NCBI RefSeq assembly: GCF_964194025.1
Contig: NC_134468.1
Span: 2,046,001-2,110,000, forward strand
DNA: 64,000 nt
Source: Convolutriloba macropyga
Taxonomy: Eukaryota
Direction: 5' to 3'
Shown piece by piece: positions 1 to 12,500 of this stretch (the first letter of the stretch is position 1; every line of letters begins with the position of its first letter). A model generated the notes under the pieces. That model saw only the letters and a program-made list of their open reading frames with translations, searched no databases and was not told the origin of the DNA. Position numbers and translations under genes: made by a program.

Positions 1-1572
1 TTTGCAACAATTGTTCTGGTTTACATTTAGGAAAAAAATATCAATGGATTCTATGATCTTCTCGGCCATGATATCAGACAATTACTCCAAAAAAAATCCT
101 CAGTGGGCCTTAGGGCTCACTGGGGATTTTTTTACACCCCACTATCAGAGGACTTTGTGTGCGTCATTTTGCGCTATTAAAAACTTTGCTGCGGTTTTGG
201 TTGCTGACTTAGCGTTGCAAATGGGGTGAAACGGACCCCAAAAAAATATTTCCGTTTCGTCATTGCAGAGACATTGTGTGCAAAGAACCCTAATTTGGGA
301 TGAAGATGTGGCACCACAGGTCTTCACTATACATTAAATTAGGATGGTTACCAAATACGGTAAGGTTTTTGGAAAAAAATGCCCAGCAAACTTGTTTCAA
401 TTTTATTTTTTTTTTCAAAATAATGAGTTTTTAAAGATGTTTCTGACAATTTCATCTTGTGGAATGGGCAATGGGTATGATGCAGTCATGGAAACGTGCT
501 CTTTTGGCTAGTGGTCCATGAAAAAAAAAGTAACAGTTTTGCAACAATTGTTCTGGTTTACATTTAGGAAAAAAAATATCAATGGATTCTATGATCTTCT
601 CGGCCATGATATCAGACAATTACTCCAAAAAAAAATCCCCAGCGGGCCTTAGGGCCCACTGGGGATTTTTTTTGACACCCCACTATCAGAGGACTTTGTG
701 TGCGTCATTTTGCGCTATTAAAAACTTTGCTGCGGTTTTGGTTGCTGACTTAGCGTTGCAAATGGGGTGAAACGGACCCCAAAAAAATATTTCCAATTCG
801 TCATTGCAGAGACATTGTGTGCAAAGAACCCTAATTTGGGATGAAGATGTGGCACCACAGGTCTTCACTATACATTAAATTAGACTGGTTACCAAATACG
901 GTAAGGTTTTTGGAAAAAATGCCCAGCAAACTTGTTTCAATTTTATTTTTTTTTCAAAATAATGAGTTTTTAAAGATGTTTCTGACAATTTCATCTTGTG
1001 GAATGGGCAATGGGTATAAAGCGGTCATAGAAACGTGCTCTTTTGGCTAGTGGTCCATGAAAAAAAGTAACAGTTTTGCAACAATTGTTCTGGTTTACAT
1101 TTAGGAAAAAAAATATCAATGGATTCTATGATCTTCTCGGCCATGATATCAGACAATTACTCCAAAAAAAATCCCCAGCGGGCCTTAGGGCCCACTGGGG
1201 ATTTTTTTTGACACCCCACTATCAGAGGACTTTGTGTGCGTCATTTTGCGCTAATAAAAACATTGCTGCGGTTTTGGTTGCTGACTTAGCGTTGCAAATG
1301 GGGTGAAACGGACCCCAAAAAAATATTTCCGTTTCGTCAGTGCAGAGACATTGTGTGCAAAGAACCCTAAATTGGGATGAACATGTGGCACCACAGGTCT
1401 TCACTATACATTAGATTAGACTGGTTACCAAATACGGTAAGGTTTTTGGAAAAAAAGCCCGGCAAACTTGTTTCAATTTTATTTTTTTTTCAAAATAATG
1501 AGTTTTTAAAGATGTTTCTGACAATTTCATCTTGTGGAATGGGCAATGGGTATGAAGCAGTCATGGAAACGT
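1..1572. repeat. Tandem repeat, ~537-bp unit, ~2.9 copies visible (may extend beyond window start)
   Basis: Unit start tttgcaacaattgttctggtttacatttagg recurs at 1, ~538 and ~1076; copies nearly identical apart from homopolymer lengths and a few substitutions; third copy breaks off after gaaacgt at 1572. Confidence 0.95.
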
Positions 1573-1908
1573 AGTAGCTCCCAAACAAAGTTTGAAGCAA
1601 TTGTTTTGGTAGCTTGTCTTTTGCTCATTATGCTAAATCGATATGTTAAATATATGTTTTTTTATATAATACTATTATTCTAAGGTGAGGGCCTCGGGCC
1701 CGCATGAGGTGCACCACCCCTCCCTGCCCCGTTGAGACGCCGGTTAGTCGGTTTCCCCCCCCTCTGGGCTTTTGTGCATCTCAAGTTGGGGATGTCTTCT
1801 GTCTGGTTTATAAAAATAAGGTTTTCGTACGGATGTTTACGATTATTTCAAATAGGTACTTTTAAAAAGAGGTCTTTTTGTTTAGGTCATAGAGTTGTCC
1901 AAAGTGAA

Positions 1909-2680
1909 CCCTGATAAGATCCGTTTTTCCCTGTTTTCCTGTGGGAAATCCTATTTTTCCCGAGAACGCTGGTAAGATCTGGGGTTCTTCCCGGTTTTCC
2001 TGTTGAGAATCTTATATCCCCCTGAAACCCTGATAAGATGCAGGGAAAAAACCCTGGGTTTTCCTGGTAAGTTTCCCTGGTAAGAAAACCCGAAATTCCC
2101 TGAAACCCTGATAAGATGCAGGAAAAACCCTGGGTTTCCTGGTAAGTTTCCCGCTTTTTTCCCGGTTTCCCTGCCAGGAAACACTGGTTCCCGGAAACCC
2201 TGCCGGGAAATGCGGGATCTTACTCAATCTTTGCATATCTTACGAACCCTGGAAAGTTTCCCGGTAAGTTTCCCGGGACTTTCCCTTGTTTTTCCTGGGT
2301 CTTGCCGGGAAATTTTCCGGGAACTTATTAAGATTTCCGGGAATCGGTGCACTGGGATGTTATTTTTTGTGGAATTCCGCATCATATTTTTCCAAAAACA
2401 ATATTTAGTTTTCCCGAGTTTCCCGGCATATAACCCCCTCCCCGCCAAGAAATATGCATCAGTATTCCGGAGTTTCCCGGGATGCCCAAAAGGTATCGGT
2501 TTTCCTGAGTTTTCCGGCAAATTCCCCGAAAATATACCATTGTTCTCGAATTTCCCTTTATTTGTCTTGGATAAAGAGCAAGATTCCAAATGAATAAATT
2601 TCCAGGTGATCATTAAATTCTCCTGATCATTTTTCCGCGAAATGTAAGATTCATGGGAATCTGGACAAGATTTACGGGAT
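1909..2680. repeat. Low-complexity element built from tttccc/gggaaa/ccctggtaag motifs, probable non-autonomous DNA-transposon relic
   Basis: Dense ttttcccgg/ccgggaaa motifs; direct repeat ccctgaaaccctgataagatgcagg...ggtaagtttccc at ~2019 and ~2098; begins with CCC. Right end not defined. Confidence 0.6.
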
Positions 2681-5600
2681 TGGATACACTGTGAGGTAAG
2701 AGAAAACGGAAAAAAAAAGAAACGAAAAAGTTTTTGCCTGTTAAAACTGTAGAATACTGTTAAAAGAAGCAAACACAAATTTTTAAATTGCGGTTGTTGG
2801 CAGGTGGGGCAATGGTATGCGGGGAGGGAGGTAATAGGGGTTTTTTGGGGTGGGGAGAGGATTCTGTCGTTTGCATAGAGAGAAAGGATTGGTGTCATCA
2901 AAATTTATAAAAAATAACTTTTGACCTGGAATTACACCCGCAGTTCCTAATAATCGTGATTATAGTATAAACTACTTTTAGAGGCATTAAAGTCTATTGA
3001 TTGAAAACGGTAGTCACAGTTTAAAAATAGAGATCAATGTTCGAAAAGAACAAGTCAAGGCTGAAGTCAAGATTGAACCTGCTTCAGCTAAAAAACACCT
3101 GTAAGATACCATTCTTCGAGTTTAGAAAAACCGATACTCCTGTTAAAGTCGTAAACACTGCAAGACTAAAATACTTACAAACTCAACAAAAGTCAGTTCA
3201 CAAGAGAAATCAATAACACTCAGTCGAGATTGTCTTCGTTAAATGGTCCACAACTTAAATCATATCGCATGCTATTTTGTATTATTTATCTCAAAATACA
3301 GCTGCCTATGGAAAACTGGCCAACTTCTATATGGATTTCATTTGTAAGTAAGCATGTCAAAAATAGATTGGTTAAAAAATCCAGACAAACATCTAAAGTT
3401 ATATTGACCAAAATTGGCTTCTAAAACAAGTAGATTAATACGTAATATTGAATTTTTTGCGTTTACTCTTTTTCAATGAGTGTACCATTCCAGTTTGATA
3501 AAGAAATTTTATTTTGAAAATTTTTAAAAATATAATAATCCTTTAGTGTATTCCTCGACAAATCTTTGGAATATCCTTTGACGTTGTTGAAATGTAAAAA
3601 ATGTAGTTTTATATGAGAACGTCGCTTATTACCCACAAAAAATTGAGTTTTTAACCTTCAAGTCCTGCAATGGGTGAAATTATTCCTTCTCAAAATTTTA
3701 CTGGTTAACGCTCCTACTGTTAAAGGGACTGGTAATTTGAAAACATTTTATGGGTAATTATTCGTTAATTTATTTGTTAATCTCTTCAATTTGTATAAGA
3801 TCCGTGCTATTGATTTAGCAGAGATCGGGCTTAAAATCAGGATGCTAAAAATCGGCGACTGTAGAAGTGATATTTCATACCAAACGTTTGAGAAAAATTG
3901 ACATAAAGAAAAATGGTGAATCTGATTCATTGCTAATTTATGTAAGATTTCTGAAAAAAATACAATCGGACGAAGAAATTTTTTCAACCTGTTGCCGCTT
4001 AACTTACATTCTTACGAGTTTTTCTCATCTTAAAATTATTTTCTAAGATAATTTCTCATAAGTTATCTTTCTGGAATATTTTACCTGTTATTCGCCAGGA
4101 AGGTTTATTTTGAGCTGCATCAATTATCAGCCAGAACAATGGTAATAATAACCTCCAACCGGACGCAAAAATTAGTGACATGTTTTAAGTAAAGCAATCA
4201 TCAACCTGTGGGTTTAGTTGAACACACTGTTTCGTTCATCACATTTCGTAAGTGAACAAATTCTGACTCGATTACCGACCGCCCTCTTTTTTACATTAGA
4301 CGCTCATGCTTCCTCGAGGTCAAAATCTTCCTTATTTTCTTGGATTTAATTTAATCTCGCTTGCGCGTTCTATAGCTGCGTCGTTTTAAGCAATGATTAG
4401 AAAAATAATTCTCTGACAGTTAAGGCATGTTGCTCAAAAGTACTTAATTCTTTTTCTCAGCTCGCAATCAAATTGGTTGTGTACCCCCCCCCCCCTCAAC
4501 CTTAGCCTTAGAAAACGCCTTAGAAAATGTTGTTAATGTTTTAGCCAAGATTTACATTTTTGTGATATAACTGAAAAAATCTAACAAGACTTTAATAATC
4601 TCGTTAGGTTCTTGCAAAATTTAAATCCACTCATCAATAGTGATTTTAGTAATTCAGCGTTCATTAGAGACATTTTTAGATCTGAAGTCATCCCGTACTT
4701 CACGCCAAGTCAATATCAGTACTGGGCAAGTCTAATTGCAAGTCTAGGTATCAGTATTGATTCAGAGCTATGATCATAACACATTTAAGACTTTTCAGTT
4801 TTGTGCAAGTCTTGGCCAAGACTTGGCAAGTCTTATGTATGATTTTAGTTGTTCAACTTTGTTGCGCTGGTTATCCGCGCCGAACTTTTGATGGGGCCAG
4901 CAGCCAACACCGATGCTTTATATTGCAACAGTAAAAAAGTTAAATCATTAATTTTGTCAGTTTTTCTTCGAAGACTTCAAAGATTAAATGCTGAAAACTT
5001 TTGTTTTCAACATTTCAACTTGTAGAGACTTTTTATTCCATCCTCTGTTGATACGAAAATGATCTTGAAAAATTTGAAATTTTCAAAACCATTATTGAAT
5101 TTTCAAGTGTTGCACAATTTCGAAAATCGGAAAGTAATGTTACGCTATGAAAAGTATTGTTGATTGCTGCGCTGTGATGAAATAAATTGTGAAATTTCTC
5201 CGTAAAAATTCCATCAACTCCGCACGCACATCCCCAACCACTGCTGCGTGTATCAACACATCTGATCAATTACAATAACTCTTTTTAGTCTTCAAGAAAT
5301 GCCAAGACATTAATGTCTGTAAGAGCAGTAAACATATGTAATTTTTGTACTTGTATGAGGCATGACCTTAAGCTCTTACAGACTAAGAGTGAGTGAGAGC
5401 TTATTTTCGGTACTTGATTTCAGTATTTGTCGATATTTGAGTTCAGCCTTTATAATAATAGGTTGTTGTTTCGGAAGGCCCAAAGAAGAGAGCTTAGTAA
5501 TGTAACAAAAAAATCAAATTTTTGAACAAAAGGACATTGAGCCGTCAATATATTTTGTTTACTTCGAAAAGTTGTATATGTGCATCACGCCAAAGTCAAA

Positions 5601-6803
5601 ATATCTGATCAGACTCAGTTAGTTTTCGAAATCCGATAAAGATTAAACACCATTTGAAATGAAATTGATAGTTTGAAGAGAACCAGAAATTGAATTCAAA
5701 TGCTTTTTTATCGCTTTTAGGAAAAGTCAACAAGCCGATCACTCCCACCCATTGTACGTTTTCTAGGCTGATTTCCTTCACACTATGCAGGAGGGTACTT
5801 CAGAAATTCGTTTTTACATAAAAGACCATCGGGGAATATTTTGCAACCCAGCTCCAGGTTATTAGTACTTAAAAACGGTCAATTAGTTTTTTGATACTGT
5901 AATGTAAGAAAAGAAATGTTTGAATAAGAGATATGGGCTAAACAGTTTCAGAAAATATAGACATGTGGTCTTATCCGTAGCAGTATCAAAACAAAAGTTG
6001 AAAGGTTATTAATTTGTTCCCAGTTGAGAAAAAAATGCAAAAGACAATTTATGGAGATTGTAGAAAGGTTCAGATTGCAGGTCCAGTTTTTTGTTACAGG
6101 TCCTGCTTGTGCTCTGAATCATGTCTGGCGTGTCTTGAACTGTTCCGTCTCTTCAACCTTCCTTGTCCGCACTTTTGGAGCTCAGAATAAATGTGTACAG
6201 ATCTATTACACCTGCAAGAATCATGCAAGTTCTGAGTCATCTTGCAAGTTTCATGCAAGATTTCAATCACCGGGATCAGATGTAACATTATTCAGGCTTG
6301 AATTTCTCCAAGAATATCTGCTTTGAATTGGTCCGCTATCTGCAAACAGCGCTTCATTTGATTTCAAGTTTCTATTACCTAAATGCAAGGTTTTCAAACT
6401 TGTTATTTGTCCATACTTTGCCTGGGAAATAAAATGTGGTTTATACATTAGACACGTCATTGAGTTTCAGTTGGAATATCAAAGGGCCGCTAATTCAAAC
6501 ATTCTCTGATATCTATTTCATTCGCTGACATGCGTCAAAGAAACAAAAAGTCTATTTTTTAAATTAAATTTTAAAGCGAAACTAAACAGAAACGTGTCAA
6601 AATGACAGTCCCTGCTTGTGCTCTGAATCATGTCTGGCATGTCTTGAAATGTTCCGTCTCTTCAACCTTCCTTGTCCGCTTTTTTGGAGTTCAGACTAAA
6701 TGTGTACAGATTTATTACACTAATGTTGTTATTGTCCAAAAAAATTGAATTTTTTACTTTTGGGACTGCAAATAGTGAGAAGAAAGCTCCCAACTTTTTT
6801 TCG

Positions 6804-7867
6804 CCCGGGCCGTTGTGTCAACTCTAAAAACGCAAAATTATGTATGATTGGCGTTGAAAGCGTTTAATTTATGTAAGAGCAACGCTTGACCGTCGACCCT
6901 ACATAAATTCAACCCATTCAACGCCAATCTTAGATGTTTTGTGTTGAATTTAGCGTAGAGCCTTCAAAATTTTCGTTGAATTTAGCGTAGAACTTATATA
7001 ATTTGCATTGAATTTAGCGTAGATCTTTCATGAACTCAATGCACCCAACGCCCATCTTACATAATTTGCTTTGAATTTAGCGTAGATTTGGGGGGTGGGG
7101 GTACGTGTGGGGGTGGGGGGTGGGCGAGAGGGGTGGTGTTGGGGGGAGTGTACGTGGCGAGGGGTTTGTGCAATGGTGGGGTATAGGGGGTGCGTGGGGG
7201 GGAGTTACGTGTGGTGAGGGAGAGGGTGTAGGTGGGGGATTTGCGTTAGGTGGGGTACATGGGGGTACTGTGTGTTAGGGGGAAGGGGTGTGGGGTTCGT
7301 GGGAGGGGCAGTTTTTGCGAGTTGAAACGACAGAAATGGAGAGTCAAAATTGAAAAAAAAATCGATTAAGATTTAAATTGAATTCAACGCAAAATTACGA
7401 AAAGTCAACGCTAAATTCAACGCAACGTTTTGTAAGATCTACGCTTAGAAACGCAAAAACTGTGTGAATCCTAATGTTACACTTCGATTTGTAAAGAGTG
7501 CGGTTCCTAGGAAAATTAAGGTTCTGTGGCACAGTGGTAGAAGATGCGACAAGTAAGCACGAGGTCAGTGGGTTTAGTCCCATACCCAGATTTCTGAGCT
7601 TTGTTTTTTTTGTAAAATCAACGCTAAATTCAACGCAAAATATGTAAGATCTACGCTAAATTCAACGCAAAATATGTAAGATCTACCTTAAATTCAACGC
7701 AAAATAAGTAAGCTCTACGCTAAACTCAACGCAAAATATGTAACATGTACGTTAAAGTCAACGCAATCAACGCAAGATTATTTAAGAAAATTGCAGAGAA
7801 TTTTCCGACTTGTCAACGCTAGTTGCCGCTGATGTTACATAATTTTGGCCAAAATCCTCGACCAGGG
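6804..7867. mobile_element. Non-autonomous TIR element, CCC...GGG termini, 2-bp TSD (CG); CACTA/EnSpm-like; ~33-bp minisatellite interior
   Basis: Left end cg|cccgggccg, right end cctcgaccaggg|cg; interior of aaattcaacgcaaaatatgtaagatctacgct repeats in both orientations, plus a G-rich tract and a tRNA-like segment; inverted relative at 28648-30178. Confidence 0.75.
7520..7590 (+). pseudogene. tRNA-derived segment (weakly Thr-AGT-like) inside the TIR element
   Basis: A box TGGCACAGTGG, anticodon-like arm TGC-GACAAGTAA-GCA, variable region CGAGGTC, T arm GTGGG-TTTAGT-CCCAT with degenerate B box; acceptor stem poor, so not a functional tRNA. Confidence 0.55.
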
Positions 7868-8869
7868 CGATTTTTTACAAGTTGCAATGCTATAACAGGA
7901 AAAAACTGCGAAAAGAAAAAGTCAATTAGAATCAGTTCTGCTGATCGAAATGCTGGTGATAATTATTTCATTTGGTTTTCAGTTAGTTATAGCTTCCATA
8001 AATACTGAAATAACTTTTGCAGAACTTGCAAGATTCTGGCAAGAGTTTGAAAACGGGCCAAAAAATTTTTTATTGATTTTGGTTTTGTAACTTGTTTAAT
8101 AAAAAATAATTTGCTTCAAAGATGTTTTCTAAAATATTTGTAACCTGATTTATTTTTTGCCTTTATTGATATCTTGCAAGATTCTTGCAAGAATCTTGCA
8201 AGATCTGAGTCATCTTGTAAGATTCATGCAAGATTTCAAACCGCTCATCGCCAGGGATCAGATGTAACATTATTCAGGCTTGGATTTTTTCAAGAGTAAC
8301 AGTTGTCAATTGGTCCGCTATCTGCAAACAGCGCTTCAATTTTTTTTTCAGTTTCTATTACCTAAATGCAAGGTTTTGGAAGTCGTTATTTGTTCATATT
8401 TGTGCCTGGGAAATATAGTTTGGTTATGACAATTGACACGTCATTCGGTTTCAGCTGAAATATCAAAGAGAGCGCAAATTCAAACATTCTCTGAAATCTA
8501 TTTCATTCGCTGACATGCGTCAATGAAACGAAAAATCTATTTTTTTAATTCCTTTTTAAAGCGAAACTAAACAGAAATGTGTCAAAATGAACAAGTTGCA
8601 AAGCTGCATTGAAAGCATAGAAACATTTGTGTGAAGTTTTAAACTTCTTTTCAGACTTCATTGCTGAAAAAAACGATAGAAAATGGAGTGTGCTTAGCCG
8701 AATGAGCGGTTAGCCGAACAAGAAAGAAATTAAATTTATATAGAAAAGTTGTCGTTACCACATTTCAACCAAAATTTTGCTAAAAAGTGATGAAAATTTG
8801 CGTTTTATGCATTGGGTATCAAATTTGTGGCACTGGATGTTTTTTATGACCTATTTTAGTGTGATCTTA

Positions 8870-9145
8870 AAATTGCGATCTGTCCGCACTTAAATAATTT
8901 ACGGGTGAAATAGGGGTGAAATAGGGGTGGAATTGCGGTGAAATAAAGGTGGACTTAGAGGGAAATTCCGATCTGTCCACTTTAAGAATTTACGGGTGGA
9001 ATAGGGGTGGAATTGTGTGGAATAAAGATGGACTAAGAAGGAAATTCATATTTATCCACTTTCCACCCTTACCCCTGATTTTCAACGGTGGAAAACTTTT
9101 TACACTCCTATCACCGATATTTAGCTGTTCATGCCTCGACCCGGG
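8870..9145. mobile_element. Partial TIR element ending in cctcgacccggg, with ggggtg(a/g)aata repeats
   Basis: Right terminus identical to that of the 30933-31363 element; internal direct repeat gatctgtcc...aatttacgggtg at ~8877 and ~8971. Confidence 0.6.
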
Positions 9146-9490
9146 AACTGACCATAACGCGAGAGGGGGGGGGGACTAATCAGCTTTATTTGCCATTTTT
9201 TCTCATTCTGCTAGATGCCCATTCGGCTAGATGGGCGTCCTCACTCACGGAGACAACTTTGGTAAAATATTTATACAACTTTGAACAATTTTTTCCTTCT
9301 CAAGTTTACAATAAGGAATAATAAACAAAACTCGGCGTGTTGCAAAAAGTTAATATACTTTATTTTAGTGGCATCAGTTTGGGAGAGTTTTGTTATCTAT
9401 GCGACGCGCATATTGTAGACAAAAGTTGAATCTAAAGCAACAAAAGCTGCGCTTCATTTTTCCACTGTTTCATTATTCGCTCAGCTTCCA

Positions 9491-9498
9491 TTTCAGTT
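9491..9498 (+). promoter_or_regulatory. TTTCAGTT ~45 nt upstream of the EF-hand gene ATG: Inr-like TCAGTT or a 5'UTR splice/trans-splice acceptor
   Basis: Matches both TCAGTT initiator and a pyrimidine-preceded TTTCAG acceptor; cannot be distinguished from sequence. Confidence 0.3.
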
Positions 9499-9540
9499 GA
9501 TACCATTTGGTGAATAACTAACTAATTTAATTTAACTCAA

Positions 9541-9543
9541 ATG
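9541..9543 (+). CDS. EF-hand gene coding exon 1 (ATG only)
   Basis: tcaaATG|gtaagt consensus donor; phase 0 fits exon 2, which lacks its own start. Confidence 0.75.
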
Positions 9544-12500
9544 GTAAGTCACTTCTAAAATTTAGCCTCAAATTCAATATGGATGGTTTAAGTTTAAATT
9601 GCGGCAACTTCTGCGCCGCGTGTACTTCAAAATTGTTCTAAAAATTGGCATTAATTGCATCGACGGCAAAACAAAAAAACAACTTAGCTTTTGCTGAGAT
9701 AATTGTTCTAGAATCTTGCAAGTTTTAAATAATCTTCCATGAATCTTGCAAGTTTTGAATCATCTCGCAAGAATTTTGCAAGTTTTGAAACATGTTTCAA
9801 GATTTATGCAAGTTTTGAGTCATCTTGCAAGTTTTGAACAATGAATCTTGTAAGTTTTGAATCATCTTGCAAGAATCGATCTCGTAAGTTTTGAATCATG
9901 CAAGAATCATGCAAATTTCGAATAATCTTGCAAGAATCTTGTATTTTAAGATCATCTTGCATGAATCTTGCAAGTTTTGAAGCATCTTGCAAGTCTTAAA
10001 TCATCTTGCAAGAATCTTGTAAGATTTGAATCCACTGATCATTAGGGTTTCTATCTTCTATACTCCAAAAGTGTTTTCAGTAAATCAGGTTTTGGGTGGT
10101 GACTACAAAATGCGAAAAAGATTTATTAAACTGATTTCACTTACGGATTCGAGTACTGAAGAGAGATCGTCTCCAGTTCTGAATTGGTATTTAAAAGAAG
10201 CAAGTATGATATACTTACTTCTTTTAAATTCAGAACTGAAGACGATCTCTCTCAATAGATGTTTTGAAACAAATTGATTTTAGAGGTTTTAATTGTGGAA
10301 TGTTTTATATCGCAGAGTGGAGAGAAAGAGAAGGAGGCTATCAAGTCTCTCTTAGACAACGAGGATGCTATCAAGTGCATTGTGGCCAACATCATGCAGG
10401 AATTCGATAAGGTATCCTTAAAGTTAAAGATTGTCTTTGAGATTTTAGTTATTTTTTTTATAAAATTGCTTCCCGAGTCGAGGATTTTCCCCAAACTTAA
10501 CAGGGAAAATAACAGAGTTGAAAAAGTGAAAACACAGAATATTTCACCGTTAGTTATCTCCTTACTAAGGTTGGAGAAAGTGTAATTTAAAATTAAAGAT
10601 TATAATTACTGCAAAGATCGTGGTCTGGGTCTCGTGACGTGTCTTGATGACGTATCTCAATTCTGACGCAGTCAATTTATTTGCCATTTGCAAGTCTCAT
10701 CAACCATTTTATGTCAAATATCGATCTGAGCTGATTTAACTAATTTATTAGAGCGAATTTGTCGAATGCACTAACGGCATCTTGGATAATTTCAATGATT
10801 CTTCAATGATTTCAGAAAACACACCAATTTGTGTCTATGAGCGCAAATTTTTAAATTCAGGAGAGTTTATTTTCGCTTTAGGACAAAAACGGGTCATTAG
10901 ACAAAGACGAGACGAAGCAGTTGATTAAACATTTCCTCTCACAAAGCGAACTAGTAAGTAAACAATCGCTTCCCATAAAAAAATTGCTATCCATAAGAGA
11001 GACCCTTCATTTCCGTGGAACTGCTGTACTGGATGCATTTGTTTGAATTTTGCCTACAGGATTTCAAAATCTTTCTTCGATTGGAAGTTTGGGTGCTTTT
11101 TCGTACTTAATTTTTGCTTGCGTTTATTTTGCCACGCTTGTTTTTGCCGTTGTTTTCAGAAATGTTTCAGATAGATTATTATAATTAAATTTTTCCATCA
11201 CATTGTTTTACTAGAAAACATTTGTTTAAAACTACTGAAATAATCATTTGAGAGGTTAATCGCTCGTAAGGTAGAATATTGAATTTTATTGAAAGTTTGG
11301 GCTCTCTCTAAATTTTGATGATGCATGAATCAAATATTTTTTCACACTTTATTTCCAACACATTCGATTTTTTTCCAAATTTTCAACAGTTTCATTTGCC
11401 GTGGGAGGGTCAAGTATATACTTTTTAACTCTCCCAGCCCAATTTCTCCAATTTTTGCTGAGAATTATTGCTTTTAAACTACTGGGTATAAAATTAACCG
11501 ATCAGTGCTGAAGAGAACATTCAACTTAGATTCCCATTACCAGCACGCTGTAGTCCCCCAAACTATTTTAAAAGCTCTCAAAAAGAATTGAAAAAAAAGG
11601 AAAGTTCAAACGGAATGCCTAAAATCTATTGGTGGGCATCTTAAGCTGGATTGAGTTCCAAGCACGACGCAAACAACCCTGAAATGGTCGATGAAATAAC
11701 GGCGTCAATAGAAGTATGCAGCACTACCATTGTCATGCAGTCGTGTTGTGCACGCGAGGTTTATAACTTTCTACCAGTTCAATTGGGCTTTAAATAAGAA
11801 ATTTTTTACAGATAGTGACTACAATCAGAGCCTCATTTACAACAAATTGTTGCCAATCTGTTTTCTTTTGGTTTGAAATGATCTTCTTATGCTTAACAAA
11901 GTTTACAACTGTGATACTGCCCTTAAGTTTGATGATTATTGGAAAGTTTTCAAGGGACCACGCAGTAACCGTTCTGCAGCAAAACAATTTTTGAGAACAC
12001 ATTTTAATTAGACGAAAGCAGTCAAATTGGAAGAGTATATTGTCCTGAGAGTTGTGAAATATGCAAATGTTCTCACCCAGTGAAATGACATCTCAACTTT
12101 TGACTGGACATGTCCAACGGTGTTATTTCGGAACAGCTGAACTCTCTGTTGAACTTAAAGGCTGTGAACTTTAAATACTATCAGTATCCTGTTAATTGGT
12201 CCTGTTTTTGTAATTCATTAACAAAGTGATTCCCGCATCGCGGNNNNNNNNNNNNNNNNNNNNNNNNNNNNNNNNNNNNNNNNNNNNNNNNNNNNNNNNN
12301 NNNNNNNNNNNNNNNNNNNNNNNNNNNNNNNNNNNNNNNNNNNNNNNNNNNNNNNNNNNNNNNNNNNNNNNNAAAATCGGCTTTCAGTTTTGCATTCAAA
12401 CTGCCCAATTAGAGTTCTAGAGCTATCTTAACCAGTTTGCATTGTTTTACTTAGGGTTAATCATTTAATAGGCACAACGTCAATATGCCAGCTCAATTGA

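Larger units (their letters stand above)
6096..8590 (+). repeat. Local duplications: ~115-bp block (6096-6210 = 6606-6720) and ~400-bp block (6211-6606 = ~8197-8590)
   Basis: cctgcttgtgctctgaatcatgtctgg...attacac occurs twice; gggatcagatgtaacattattcaggcttg...gtgtcaaaatga occurs twice. Confidence 0.85.

Noticed and set aside
225-290. Hammerhead-like gtc...gac-gaaac on the minus strand of the 537-bp unit (possible retrozyme array)
   Set aside because: Stem II/GAAAC-like part is present but the required CUGANGA box is absent (cacacaat instead).
2-1574. Repeated 60-76 aa ORFs in the 537-bp array
   Set aside because: Frames change with homopolymer length between copies; no recognisable domain.
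1951-2901. Longest ORFs in the track (225 aa, 127 aa etc.)
   Set aside because: By-products of stop-poor ccc/ggg/aaa low-complexity repeat; open on both strands; no splice or domain support.
5721-5857. Possible isolated + strand exon (ADFLHTMQEG...NPAP) with AG/GT ends
   Set aside because: No partner exons or recognisable motif; could be chance.
12244-12372. Idea that the EF loop 1 exon was lost in the N gap
   Set aside because: The exon is present at 10882-10953.
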